64,000 nt of DNA from the human T2T-CHM13v2.0 reference genome, Homo sapiens (GCF_009914755.1 NC_060935.1), one strand, 5' to 3'. Shown: positions 1 through 18,354, numbered from the stretch's first letter. Notes: generated by a model from the letters alone, not told the origin. Numbers and translations are program-made.

Positions 1-141
1 TCACTCGAACCGAACCTGGGAGGTGGAGGGAGTTGAACCTGGGGGGCAGAGGTTGCAGTGAGCCAGGATCATGCCGCTGCACTCCAGCCTGGGTGACAGA
101 ATGAGGCTCCCTCTCAAAAAAAAAAAAAAAAAAAAAAAAAA
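1..141 (+). mobile_element. Alu 3' part (cut by window edge)
   Basis: Right-arm motifs and A tail. Confidence 0.9.
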
Positions 142-879
142 GAAGCAAATGACCTATCATCCTCTAAATGGTCTGCTGGTTTTATGTCAGCTTGATGGCT
201 TTTGCACAGAGGAGTGGATATCCAGCCTATAAGCTTCCATCTTAGCTCCTGAATTTCCTAAAATATTTAAAGTTATTCCTTTAAATATTGTTCTAGTCCT
301 GATTTTGCTACTTGGTGAACTAGGCAAAGCAGTTTGGTGAACTTCTCTGAATGTCAGTTTCCTTCTCTGTTAAGTGGGGGAAACTGTGGTATCTTTGGCT
401 ACCTTATAAGTTGTTAGTGCAGGCCAGGGAGAGTAAGTCATCACTATAACAAGGATTTACTATTGAAGGTATAGTTGAAGAAATGTGCAGAAAGGTAGGC
501 TGGTACTTAACTGCATGGCTGAAATAAACTACAGTCAATATAATAGAACCTTGGCGTTTGGAAAGGTAAGAACTGCACTTTAAACCATTTGAGATATGTA
601 GCAATTTGTCATTTTGCCAAGGCACAAACCTGAATAGTATTTGCAAGCCTGATGTGAGGGAGTAATTCACCTGGGTAATGAGTGAGCCCAGCTGGTCACC
701 CAGCAACTGCTTTGTCTCTTTCTAATCATCGTTCAGTACATCATAACCCTTGTTAAGTGATAACTTTATTTCAGATTCATGGTAAATGTTCCCATGCAGA
801 TAATAAAATAATATAAAGGTGGTATGTTTGTTTTAGTAAGATTACAATAATTTTATAAATGACTTTGGTTCTATAATAA

Positions 880-1137
880 TGATAGAAGCTACCAGGTCTT
901 GAGGCTTACTATGAACTAAGCACTATGTCAGATGTTCAAAATACAATATTTTAATTAATGCTCCCAACAGTCTAATAAGGTAGATATCTCTATCCCTATT
1001 TTCTGTAGAGAAGAAGAAATTGAGGATCGGAAAGGTTAAGTTAACTTGTAAGAGGTCACACCGTTAGTAAGCAGAGTGTTGGGATTCAAGCTTAAGTCTA
1101 TCTAATGTCAAAACCATTGCTCTTAATAACTATGCTA
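880..1137 (-). mobile_element. MIR
   Basis: MIR core variant GAAATTGAGGATCGGAAAGGTTAAGTTAACTTG...GGTCACA. Confidence 0.75.
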
Positions 1138-1638
1138 CACGAGATGCTTCTGAAAAGATCATTTAACTTTTTAAGTTATACTTTCTGAGGAAAATTTTGT
1201 GCTATGGAATTAATGTGAAGATTTAAGGTCTTAAGATATACCCCATGAGAATACTGAGGGTCTATTTTGTTTCTATTCACAAACTTGATCTACTCTGGGG
1301 AAAAAAAAAATCAAACATCTGAATGGTAGGAAACCCTCGCTATAGATCAGCAAGCTGTCAAAATAAGCTTGCTGTATGTTTGTACTTCCTACAAAATTCA
1401 TAAACTTAAAACCCAACAACTTCAAAGACAATTTTTAAAATATATAAAAACTAAAATTAGAAAATACCAGGTTTTATTCATCCAAATAACAAATATTTGA
1501 AAAAAAAAATGTCTAACAACATTAATGAGACTTACAAATCCTATACTAACTGCTTCTAAGAAGGTCTATTGTTTCCTGTTGGGAGCCAAAAAGAAAAAAA
1601 AATTTTAATTTAAAAAACTTAAAAAAAAAAAGAAGGTT

Positions 1639-1931
1639 GACTGGGCGCAGTGGCTCACATCTGTAACCCCAGCACTTTGGGAGGCCGAGGTGGGTGGACC
1701 ACCTGAAGTCAGGAGTTCGAGACCAACCTGGCCAACAGGAGGAAACCCCATCTCTACTAAAATACAAAAATTAGGCGCGCATGGTGACAGGCACCTGTAA
1801 TCCCAGCTACTCAGGAGGCTGAGGCAGGAGAACTGCTTGAACCCAGGAGGCAGAGATTGCAGTGAGTCAAGATGGCACTACTGCACTCCAGCCTGGGCAA
1901 CAGGGTGAGACTCCATTTAAAAAAAAAAAAA
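1639..1931 (+). mobile_element. Alu (S-like)
   Basis: Dimeric Alu with A tail. Confidence 0.92.
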
Positions 1932-3136
1932 GGTCTATTAATGTATCTAACAGATAATATAAGAGCTTAAAATATTTATGGTCTTTGACTTAGTAATTCA
2001 ACTTCTAGAAATCCATTCATCCTTCCATCTACCACAACCATTAGAAAGTAGGCTCCCCAGCATCTAGGCAGACTAGGAAAGCAGCCTAAGATAAATTAAT
2101 AGAACTGTCTGAATGTGGCACACATTAAGTACAGCTGGTGACCAGAGAGCCTGACATGCAATAACACTAAAGAGCCAAGGACAAGGGCAAAATCAGGCCA
2201 CTATACCAGAAGAAGGAAGCCCCTGGCTCACAATGTTTACAGAGGTGAGGAGAAAGAGCAAGGGCAGGAGTGGAAGAGCAGCAGCTGGGCTGCTCTTTGG
2301 TCTTTCTAGTTCAAGAGACATGGCCTACTCTTTTTCCTCTTTTGCAAAGGGTCTGATTGGGATTGCAAGGTTCAATACAGCCTGACTATCCATTTATGGA
2401 CATGGACACACAATAAACTGCATCAGATTCTACAAGAATGTCATAAGCAAGAAAGATAAGTAACAACTCCTTTTCATGTGTCAACCCTAAATGGCAGCAG
2501 TTACAAAACCAGTATGAAAAACCAAACCTCTATCTGATAGAAAAACATACTATAGGTGGAAGCCCATCTCCTTGGAAGATGTCACTGAAAGCCAAAGAGA
2601 GTGGTGAGGATAACAGAGGTTCTTATGAAGACTTGCTGCAGGCAGCCTTACATCCAAGCAGTCAAGGCTAGTAACAAAATTTAAGAGGCCAGCAGCAAAA
2701 ATGCTGTTTGGGTTCTCTCTACTTTCTGAGCAGATAATAATGGGCGGTTGCTTAGGAAGGTACCCCCACAAGGGCATAATAAAATCACCCTCTGAGAGCA
2801 AATTTAGTCACAATCTGGGTGTATGATAAAGGACAGCAGGTAACCAGGGTGTGACCGCTGGATTGGAAGATAACTGAAGAATGTCTCAGCAGGATAAAGC
2901 CAGCAAAATGGAGGCCTAGGGAGAACATGGTGTTAGGAACCCAACATAGATCATCAGGGTCAATCTCCAGCTGAACACGTATCCCTAAGAGCATTAACGC
3001 CATGCCAGCAAGAACAGATCCTCACTCTCCTCTGGTGACACTGTCACTGCTTCACTTCCAGAGCTCCAAAAGCCAGGACTCAGAACAAAATGGAACCTCA
3101 ACTAAAAAGCCCCCATTATTTTGCACTGGTTTCTCA

Positions 3137-3688
<552 letters not shown>

Positions 3689-4090
3689 TTACTGTGAGAA
3701 TTCCTGCAGAATAATAAATTCCTCCTATGGTGAGAATTACTGCAGAATACAGTAGAACACAGACTTAGAACATATAATGATACGATACTATTTTTCAAAA
3801 TACAGGAAGAAGCTTCACTAACTCCCTAGAAATTTTTGCAGTAAATATTTAAAAGTTTTCAGCATATATGTTTTACCTCAAAGCTAAAAGAGCTCAACTA
3901 TAGTGCCAGGCTTGCTAAATGTTATGGAAAATGATAAAAGGATTATATGTATTCTACTCACTTATTATAGAGAAAAAGAAACAAACCCTTCCATACAGAA
4001 CCCAGCATAATAATAGCTGTCATATGTTGGATACTTATCACACGCCAGGTATTTCCTTTCATTGCCTCTAATGATCACAGCTGAAAGATA

Positions 4091-4600
4091 TTTATTTAAT
4101 TCTTTTAACTTTTATTTTAGGTTCAGGGGCACACATGCAAGTTTGTTATATAGGTAAACTGCGTATCACAGGGGTCTGGTGTACAGATTACTTCATTATT
4201 CATGTAATAAGCCTCGTACCCCACAGGTAGTTTTTCAGTCCTCTCCCTCCTCCCACTCTCCACTCTCAAGCAGGCCTTGGTGCCTGTTGTTCCCTTCTTT
4301 GTGTCCATGGGTATTCAATGTTTAGCTCCCACTTATAAGTGAGAACAAGCAGTATTTGGTTTTCTGTTCCTATATGAGTTCACTTAGGACTATGGTCTCC
4401 AGCTGCATCCATGTTGCTACAAAGGCCATGATCTAGTTCTTTTTTATGGCTGTGTAGTGTTGTATGGTGTGTATGTATCACCTTTTCTTTATCTGGTCTA
4501 CCGTTGATGGCCATTTAGGTTGATCATAACTTTGCCATTGTGAATAGTGCTGCAATGAACATACACGTGCATATGTCTTTATGGTAGAACAATTAATATT
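4091..4600 (-). mobile_element. 5'-truncated L1 3' end (L1PB/old L1PA-like) inserted in a MIR
   Basis: L1 3' UTR motifs (GCTCCCACTTATAAGTGAGAAC); apparent TSD CTGAAAGA(T/C)A. Confidence 0.85.
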
Positions 4601-5032
4601 CTGAAAGACAGGTTTTTATTAACTATCTATCTTTCATGGATTTGGATTTCAGAAAGTGCAAGTTGCTTATTTAAAGTCATCCAGTGGAGCCAGGATTCAA
4701 ACCCAAGTCTTTCTGACTCACAGTTCATAGTGTTGCTACTACACCAGTCTCAAAATTTTAGGAATGCAATACACAATTTTTAACATTTAAAAAACTATAA
4801 ATGCAGTGTTGTTTACAATACTGAAAAATCAGAATTAACCTAAATGACTAATAATAAGAGATTGATTAAAGTATGGCACATCTATACAACAGATGTAGTC
4901 ATTAAAACTGAGATTTTACAATAACCACAAACATCCAAAGAGCCAGAAACCAGGCTCTGAGCTTAGTGCTTTACATTAATTATCGAATCCACACAAGGAC
5001 CCAATGGATGTGGGTACTTTTAAAATTCCATC

Positions 5033-5360
5033 AGGCAGGGAACAGTGGCTTTTGCCTGTGATCCCAGCAGTTTGGGGGGCTGAGGCAGGAGGATCACTTG
5101 AGCCCAGGAGTTTGAGACCAGCCAGGACAACATAGGGAGACCTCATCTCTACAAAAAAAAAAAATAGCTGGGCATGGTGCCACACACCTGTAGTCTCAGT
5201 CTCCAAGAGTCTCCAAGCTGAGGTGGGAGACTCAGTTGAGCACAGGAGGTCAAGGCTGCAGTGAGCAGAGATCATGCTAGTGCACTCCAGCCTGGGCAAC
5301 AAAGCAAGATGCTGTCTCAAAAATTAAATTAAATTAAATTAATATAAAATAAAATAAAAT
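5033..5360 (+). mobile_element. Alu (J-like)
   Basis: TSD TAAAATTCCATCA. Confidence 0.9.
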
Positions 5361-5594
5361 TCCATCATACATATAAGGAAACAGGCTTAGAGAAGCTAGG
5401 TAACTTGCTTAGTTTCATAAAGTTATTAAGTGGAAATCATACTTCAAACCCAGATCTGTCTGTTTTACAGTCAAGCTCTTAAACACTTACTATACTATCA
5501 TCTAAAAATTAGTTAAGGACATAGAAAAGATATGAGATAAAAACAAAGCAAGTTGCAAAGCATTACATACAGTATTAACTCATTTGGATTTTTT

Positions 5595-6650
<1,056 letters not shown>

Positions 6651-7399
6651 TGGGTTTTTAAATATACAGCTATATACGCATGGGCATATGTACACAGAAG
6701 AATGCTCTGAAGAACATGTGTGGAAGATTGTTGCTATACCCATTAGAATGACACAGGAAGGCAAGAGATCTTGGTCTGTTTTGTTCACTGAGGTATTTCT
6801 AGTGCCTACAACAGTACCTGACATAGTAGGCCCTTGAGAAATACCAATGGATACTAATATGTATTTTCTAATTTTTCCATGATAAAACTTCTTTTCAAAA
6901 AATTTCAAGTTATTTTCAAATTTAAAAATACATAAAAATAAAAGGTATCTATCTTGACTACCAATTGAAAACAGAGTATTTTGAAATAAGGAAATTCTCT
7001 GGGTATTAAGTGGAAAAATCAAACTTACTCAACTTCCTGAGGCCTTCTCTCAAATGTTTAGTTAAACCATCTGCATACAAAAGAAATGTTAATGACAGAC
7101 TTTTTTTCCACTGTGAATATATGATTAGTGAAGAACCTTTAGTGTATGACTGGTACTTCCTGAGCTCCAACTTCTCTCTTTCTGGTCTATCTCTAGACTA
7201 GGGCCAGCTGCCAAACAGGACCTATCAGGTTGGCCTTCAGCTCTACCCCCAGGAAGAAAGATGCCTCTTTTTAAAAGTCTGACAAACACACAGATTTATA
7301 AAGCCTATCTTTAAGGAAAATAGTTTGGATCACATTTATTTAATTGTTTATTTCAAATCTCACTCCAGGGCACTGTGCACCATTCTTCAAAGCCAGTCA

Positions 7400-7636
<237 letters not shown>

Positions 7637-7836
7637 CTACAAGGAAGCAGTCAACAGGATTAAATAACCACAGTGAGCAGGATTACATACAACCGGAGAG
7701 GGTTCTGACAGCCTGCACAGTACATCTGTTGGGCTGGGAAGGACAGGATGAATTAGCCCCAAGGACACAGAATATATTTATACCCATGTAGGTCAGGTTA
7801 CAAGGGAGTGCATGCTTTAAAAATTTAGTTAAGAAA

Positions 7837-8131
7837 GGCCAGGTGTGGTAGCTCACACCTGTAATCCCAGCACTCTGGGAGGCCTAGTTGGGCGGATCAC
7901 AAGGTCAGGAGATCGAGACCATCCTGGCTAACACGGTGAAACCCCGTCTCTATTAAAAATACAAAAAAATTAGCCAGGTGTGGTGGCGGGCGCCTGTGGT
8001 CCCAGCTACTCAGGAGGCTGAAGCAGGAGAATGGCGTCAACCAAGGAAGCGTAGCTTGCAGCAAGCTGAGATCGCGCCACTGCACTCCAGCCTGGGCAAC
8101 AGAGCGAGACTCCGTCTCAAAAAAAAAAAAA
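7837..8131 (+). mobile_element. Alu (Y-like)
   Basis: GAGATCGAGACCATCCTGGCTAACACGG diagnostic. Confidence 0.92.
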
Positions 8132-9005
8132 TATGTAGTTAAGGAAAGGATAAGAACACAGCAATCTTTATGACTCCTGGCCAGTGATTTCATCACTCTG
8201 TATTCAGTTTTTGCATTTATGCAAGAAACAAATAAACCCTTCAGTCATGCTTATCTCTGACATTGTCTGATTCCCACTGCTTAAATGACCCTACCAAACA
8301 AACCTTTGAGCATACATACAACTTAGAAACATATCTGAAATAACTGTCAAGGGGACAAAAATTGAGGAGGTAATTTATTTTACATAAAAATTTTCAACTG
8401 CTTATTGTAAGATCATAACCAAGAAAACACATACTGCATAATGATAATCACAGTTTTTATTAAGTACTATGTCAGGCATTGTACTTAGCATTTCATTATC
8501 TCATTTAAGCCTCCTAACAATCTGAGGTAACTATTATTATTGTTCCCAATTTACCAATACGGAAATTGAGAAATACAGTAATCAATATACTAAATTTAAA
8601 CATAGTATAAAACAATATAGTATATTTATAGTCTAAGTATAGTTTAATTCTCTTAAGTAACTTGCCCAAAATCTATACGTAATATAGCACTCTATTAAAT
8701 TATATATATATATATATTGTCCAAAATGAAACAGCAAAGTAGCAATAGATCTGGCCTTTGAACCCATATCTGCCTGAACTTTGAGTCCAAGTTCAAAAGT
8801 AAGATTTAACTATGCTATAAATTTGTGATATATAAAAATCTAAGAAAAGGAAAACAAATCACCCCAATCCTACTTTTCAGAAGCAACAACTCTTAATATT
8901 TTGGCATATTTCTTTCCACTGTTAGTTTTTAACCTTCTTATTGTGAAATATATAATATATATATGCTATTACATCATTATGACCAGCGCCAGGCCAGTTC
9001 CTTCT

Positions 9006-9322
<317 letters not shown>

Positions 9323-9485
9323 TAAATACTGTCTGTTTATATCTTTGAAGCACCCTACGTGCCCTCTTCCATTCACCTTCCCACTCTAGAAGTGACCACT
9401 TACCCAACGAAACTACAGAAAAGCAAGAAAATTATTACCTATATTTTTAACCCTAAAATATATGGTTTGGTTTGCCTGTATGTAT

Positions 9486-9773
9486 CTTTAAGACAGGGTC
9501 TCTCTCTGTTGCCTAGACTGGAGTGCAGTGGCTCGATCATGGTTCACGTAGCCTCAGCTTCCCAGATTCAACTGATCATCCCACCTCAGCCCCCGCAGTA
9601 GCTGGGACTATAGGCATGCATGTTTCTTTTGTGATTTTTTTTTTTTTTTTTTCTTTAAGAAACTGGGTCTCAGCATGTTGCCCTGGCTGGAACCGAACTC
9701 CCAGGCTCAAGCAATCCCCCCACCTCAGCCTCCCAAGTAGCTGGGATCACAGGTGTGTGCTGATACTCCTGGC
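9486..9773 (-). mobile_element. Alu (J-like, degenerate)
   Basis: Alu motifs. Confidence 0.8.
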
Positions 9774-10291
9774 TTCTGATTTGCTTTTTCACTCGTTTAT
9801 ATTTGTGAAATTCATCCACACTGATGTGTATAACTGTTATCCATTTCCATTGTTGTATAGCATTCCACCACATGAATACACCACAATATACTTATTAATT
9901 CTCTTACTGATTGGCTTTCTCAACTGATTGGTTGTTTCCAGTTTGGGGCTATTAAAAGAATGCTGCTGTAAACTTCTTGTACATATCTCTTGGGACATGC
10001 TCCAAAAGTTTCTCTAGGGAATATACCTAGGAGAAGAATTACTAAACAATACTATGCTGTTTTCCAAAATCATCATACCAATTTATACTTTCAACAGCCT
10101 GTTGCCTCACGTGCAAGCCAATACTTTGTGATGTTACATTGATTACTATATTTCTTCAATTCTAGATGTATATTTTCCCACATATTAACATGTCTAAAAT
10201 TGATATGTATTTCACAGTCATCATTGGCTAGGAATAGGAAGTTGTCACAGCCAGGTCATGCATCTCATGACTTAAGAATTTTGACAGTCCA

Positions 10292-10609
<318 letters not shown>

Positions 10610-10820
10610 TTAGAAAAAAAAAATGCAGAAATGCAGCATCACCAATGTTCTTCATAGTAGAAAGGCAGAAGAGACAAAATTGTATGGAAAAAAAAATCAC
10701 AGATATTAATTACTCAGAGTGAACTGACAGAAGTTTTACACAAACACACACACACACTGGCCACAATGCCTGGCCAGAGTTTTTTTTAACCTAAATTTAA
10801 AATATCAGTACTGATATATT

Positions 10821-10827
<7 letters not shown>

Positions 10828-10864
<37 letters not shown>

Positions 10865-10966
10865 AGAGAGGGTCTCATTCTGCAGCCTTGACCTCCAGGG
10901 CTCAAATGATCCTCCTACCTCAGCCCACCAAAGTAGCTGGGACTAAAGGTGTGCACCACCACGCCT

Positions 10967-11005
<39 letters not shown>

Positions 11006-11123
11006 TAGAGATGAGGTTTTGCCATGTTGCTTAGCCTGGCCTCAAACTTCTGGGCTCGAGTGATTCACCCACCTCAATCTCCCAAAGTGCCAGGATTACA
11101 GGCATGAGCCGCTGTGCCCTGCC
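10828..11123 (-). mobile_element. Alu (J-like) with T36 tail and T35 linker
   Basis: Alu motifs; homopolymers counted. Confidence 0.9.
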
Positions 11124-11632
11124 AATCTAGCTTTAAACAGTAATAATTTATTCTGCAAGAGACAGCATATTTTATTCCCTCCTATAAATGAACATCACTT
11201 CAAATGGGCACCACTTAGAACTGAAAGTGCAGGAGACTATTTTTATTCCATTGATAAATAAATAGGATGTAGTAGAGACTGAGTTAGTTGAAATGCCCTA
11301 AAATTATGGTATGCTGCCTTGGTTGAAAGATTCTTTTTATTAGAAAAGACATTTAAATTCATAATTAAAACATTAAAAATTAAGAATGAATGTCTTTGTA
11401 GAACAGAGAAAAACACCCAAACAATCTAAGCTTAAACGGAATGACACATTTTAGCCTGGCACATAGTAGGTACCCAGTAAATTTCTGTTTCTAGATATAA
11501 GATATCATTGCTATCAGATAAAAATAAAGGGGAAAAAATATCTGCAAATACATAAGACTAATCTGTTGAAGTAAGTTAGAGTGAAGACTAGTCTGATTTA
11601 AAGTACTGTAAAATGTCAAAAATTTAAAACTA

Positions 11633-12069
<437 letters not shown>

Positions 12070-12196
12070 TTGTTGTTCATTTTTATAGAGTATACATTAA
12101 GTTTTTATCAAGCAAAGCATGCATGCTCTCAATTAATGGTATATTTTATTTAAAACAAATATACCTAATTTCAAATTAACAGGATCTTAAAATTAG

Positions 12197-12781
<585 letters not shown>

Positions 12782-12816
12782 TAAACCAAAGGTCAGCAGT
12801 ACTGGTGGGTGCCTGA

Positions 12817-13147
<331 letters not shown>

Positions 13148-13322
13148 TATTTTCTCGCACTTTCTTAGCTGCCTCTTTCTAGGCTCAGATAGTTAGGAAT
13201 AGAAAATTTTTAATTTAATTCTTGTATTAAAGAGAAAAACTGAGATGATGGTTTCTGTTTTAGCTGATGTAAAGCACTCCCCAAATGGTATAATTACCTT
13301 TGATTTAAAGATACAAGAGTCA

Positions 13323-13649
<327 letters not shown>

Positions 13650-14276
13650 GATACAAGAGTCAAAAAACACATGACTACAGCAAATCTCAAATCTCTGAGT
13701 AACACTGAGAAAATAATTTCCCCCACCAAGCTGAGAAGAATTTAACTCCTCTGCCCGTATCAAAGATATCTACCCTTTCTATCATAAAGTATAAAATTAA
13801 GGCCTGGAAAATAAGATTGCACACTCAAAACAACAACTGCAATTATTTTGTATAATGTGCTGGTGATTCTTCTTCATATGTTGTTTAACACAGAACCCAC
13901 ATCAATGCAGTAAAATGCAATCTGATATCCTCTCAGTAGGTTCATAACCAACATTTTTACCCTAAACTTCTCCCTTCCCCCATATTTATTCCAGTGGCAT
14001 AACTCTGTCCATTCTATCTTATGGCCCCTTAATCTATCTCTACTACCAACCCCCCAAGGTTAGGGTCCAATTACTATTACTTGGACTGCTGTTACCTGTC
14101 TCCTAACTTGTTAGCTATCTCCATACCACCCTCCTCCAAAATATTCTGCCCACAGCCTCCTTTACACATTTACACACCAAACTTTAGATCCTGCCATGTC
14201 CTCTACTTGAAATGCTCTTCTTATAGCTCCAGGGAGATGAAAGATTAAAAAAAAAAAAAAAAAGAAAAAGAAAAAC

Positions 14277-14593
<317 letters not shown>

Positions 14594-14907
14594 CTAACAA
14601 TCCCATCATTCTCTAAGGCTTAAAGAGATGCTTGCTCCTCTTCCAAATCATCTTGTTTGATGATGACCCCAAGTAGAAGTAACCTCTGCTTTCTCTAATC
14701 AGTAATCAAACATTGGTTTGCTCCTCATATGGTCATTTCAAAAGCTTATTCTCTTGAAGTTATCTTTCTATCTGATTTTGCTCCCTTATATCAACTGGTA
14801 TTCCCTGAGGACAAGACTAACCTCTTTTGTCACCTTTGTATTTCAAAGTGTTAACCTCAGTGATTTTTTTTTTTTTGTCTTTAGCAAAGAATTCCTTGAT
14901 ACCTCAG

Positions 14908-15277
14908 TGATATGGTTTGGCTGTGACCCCATCCAAATCTCATCTTGAATTGTAGCTCCTACAATTCCCACATGTTGTGGGAGGGACCCAGTGGGAGGTA
15001 ACTGAGTCACGGGGGTAGATCTTTCCTGAGCTGTTCTCGTGATAGTGCATAAGTCTCATGAGATCTGATGGTTTTATAAGGGGGAATTTCCCTGCACAAG
15101 CTCTCTCTTTGCCCACTGCCATCCACGTTAAGACGTGACTTGCTCCCTCCTTGCTGTCCACCATGATTGTGAAGCCTCCCCAGCCATGTGGAACTGTGAG
15201 TCCATTAAATCTTTCTTTTGTAAATTGCCCAGTCTTGTGTATGTCCTTTATCAGCAACATGAAAACAGACTAATACA
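14908..15277 (+). mobile_element. Solo THE1 LTR (THE1A/B-like)
   Basis: TGATATGGTTTGG...GACTAATACA with 5-bp TSD CTCAG. Confidence 0.93.
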
Positions 15278-15933
15278 CTCAGTGATTCTGACCAAGAAAA
15301 TGTGGTCAATAAACACTGCTGAAAATAGTAATGAGGAGGTTAGGTGGAAGACAGACTTTTAAAATAACACAAATAACCAAAATTTCTTATGCTACTCTCA
15401 CAAAAAAAAAAATCCCAGTGCAACTGTATCCTATAAATCAGCAGTTGAAGATTCATAACCATATCTTACAATTTTAATTTATTCATTAAAAACATAGCAA
15501 AGGGAGAATATGTTATTTATTTTCCAATTCACTGAGCTGCCAGACACATGAAAACAGTATGCCTTCTTGGGTTCTCTCTGTGCAAGATGAAAATTACAGG
15601 GTCTTTTCTCAAAGATAAGTTACTGAAATAGGCTTCTGAAGTTAACACTCATTTTCACAACTTCTTTGCAACTAAGTAAGGCAGGGTCTACAACCTGAAG
15701 TTTATAACTAGAAACTTAAGAAGCAAGTTACAGTAGAGCTGAGAAACTCAGCTTACAAGCAATGAAGATTCAGGAGGTAAATTCAAGAATCTTGGGTTTC
15801 CAGGTACCTGATAATAATGTTCCTCTCCTTTAGTCTTTTAAAGAAGAAGAAGAAAAAAAAAGTCAAGATTATCTGTTTCAATTTAAGGTAAGAAACAGTA
15901 GGAAAAAAACTCTAACAAAATTAACTTCTTTCT

Positions 15934-16239
<306 letters not shown>

Positions 16240-16258
16240 ATTAACTTTTTTCCTATAT

Positions 16259-16260
16259 AC

Positions 16261-16300
<40 letters not shown>
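16259..16300 (+). repeat. (AC)n microsatellite, pure (AC)17 at 16267-16300
   Basis: Counted directly. Confidence 0.97.
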
Positions 16301-16304
<4 letters not shown>

Positions 16305-16627
16305 CTCACACCAATTTTTAAAGGATTTCTCCCAAGTTTCAGACTCTTAACTTCTGAGGTTCCTATTGAACTCCTCAGGGAGCATCATGCATGAGAAATT
16401 ACAATCGGTTAGTAGCTAGCTGGAATTTGCAAAACATCCCACATTCTGATTTGTGATAACCCAGGCCCAGCATTAGATATCAGGAACTAGACCTATTATT
16501 AACCCTTCTTTATGGGGTGAGGTCATTGCTGAGACGTTTGAATCAGACCAGAGAACAGGAAATGAGAAAGAGAAGGAGTGCACAGCATGATAGCAAGGTC
16601 ATCCTTATCATTCTTAAGGTATCTTAC

Positions 16628-16721
16628 CTCCCTCTGGTCATTATCTAAACGCAGGTGTTCTGTGTGCTGCTTCTGCCGATCTTTCCGCCTCCACTGGGCA
16701 GGGGCATTCCTTTTCGTCCAC
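16628..16721 (-). CDS. DENND5A: DENND5A exon 10 (94 nt; [31 protein letters not shown])
   Basis: tgtgttag|G ... GAG|gtaaga; phase 2 to 0 restores the frame. Confidence 0.95.
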
Positions 16722-17397
16722 CTAACACAATCAGAACCAAAGCAGGCAATTAATAATGTCTCACTTAAAAAGCAATGTCAACTAACAGGAGAAAACATGA
16801 ATGACTACGAGTCAATGCTGGACACAGGAAATGACCTAGATGTCACCAGAGACAGCTCAGAGACCTTGAGGAAGAGCAGATTAAAGATGAGTGACTGGAC
16901 ATGAGAGAGACACCTCCTCATGGAACATGTCTCTCTTGAAACATCTACAAACACTTGACATATAGATCTAAAACTATATTCACTTAACTCTATCTGGGCT
17001 TTGATACAGTCATCTTCAAAAGTAACTAATGAGTAATTCTGCTAACTTACCTACTTTTCAGTTCAGGTTCTGATTATTTCAACTGCCATTTATTAAATAC
17101 AATGCTAGCTTGCTGTTGAATGGGATCCAGGCATGAGATGATTTTAACCCATCTGCAGCTTTTTGCAGGTCCTAGACATATGGAGCTATCCCAATCTGCA
17201 TAGTGGAGGCAGAACTGAAAGATATTCTGTCACATACTTTCTTGTTCAAATAAGCAAACCACCTAGATAGTCTGGGTCTTCTCCATATCTGCTTTAGAAA
17301 AGTACAAGGTCTTCTAGGGGTAACAGCCCTAGCCCAGATACTAGATGACCCTATTACAGCTAGGGAGTTGGATTAGTGAATCCCTGGGGTTGACTCA

Positions 17398-17610
<213 letters not shown>

Positions 17611-18354
17611 TCAAGTCAAACATTCTTTAAGAATCTAGCTACTCTTCCATTTCCAGCCAAGATAGAGTAAAAGGGACTGATTTTCCTGCCTAATAGGAAA
17701 AAACCCATGCAAAATAATATAAAATGATAAACTTCAGAATACTGGACATCAGGCAATGAAGGGCAGGACCCTGAGAAACAGGTAACAAATGAGGTAACCC
17801 CTAGAACTATCCCAGCTAACTGCTTAGAGAAAGCTTCCAGGCTGTGGCACAGGGAGGGGAGTTCTAGGCAGAGACTGGTGGACTCCCTGAGTTAAGGAGA
17901 CCAAGGTGGCTAGAGTTCATATGAACAGTACCAGAGAAGAGAGAGAATCCAGGGGATCTGCAGGGCATTCAGCAGGGTAATGGGTCAGTTCACGCAAGTA
18001 AAGAAACTACTCAAGGCTGGAGAAAGAATCACCGGAAAGGATTAGGAGAAACAATACAAAATGCTCACACAGGGCTGGGAATAATGCCTGTCCCCACCTG
18101 CCAGACTAGAAAACCTAATCACTCATGGGGCACTGAGTAAAGTACTCAGAGGGTCTTGCCTCAGTAGTAGATAATTAATCACAGCCTAAAGGATGCTCTG
18201 GTCCTGCCAGAGGAAAGCACAAAGAAATCAAATTATTTCTAAGTAACTTAACTACATCCCAGAACAAAGACTGAGAATATTTATAGGAATATGGAAGTGT
18301 CCAGGACTCAAATAGTAAAATTCACAGTGTCTGGCATCTAATCAAAGATTACCA

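Noticed and set aside
15170-15190. PRDM9 hotspot motif position in the THE1 LTRs (also near 35062 and 37336)
   Set aside because: Reads CCTCCCCAGCCAT, CTTCCCCAGCCAC and CTTTCCCAGCCAC; none fits CCNCCNTNNCCNC
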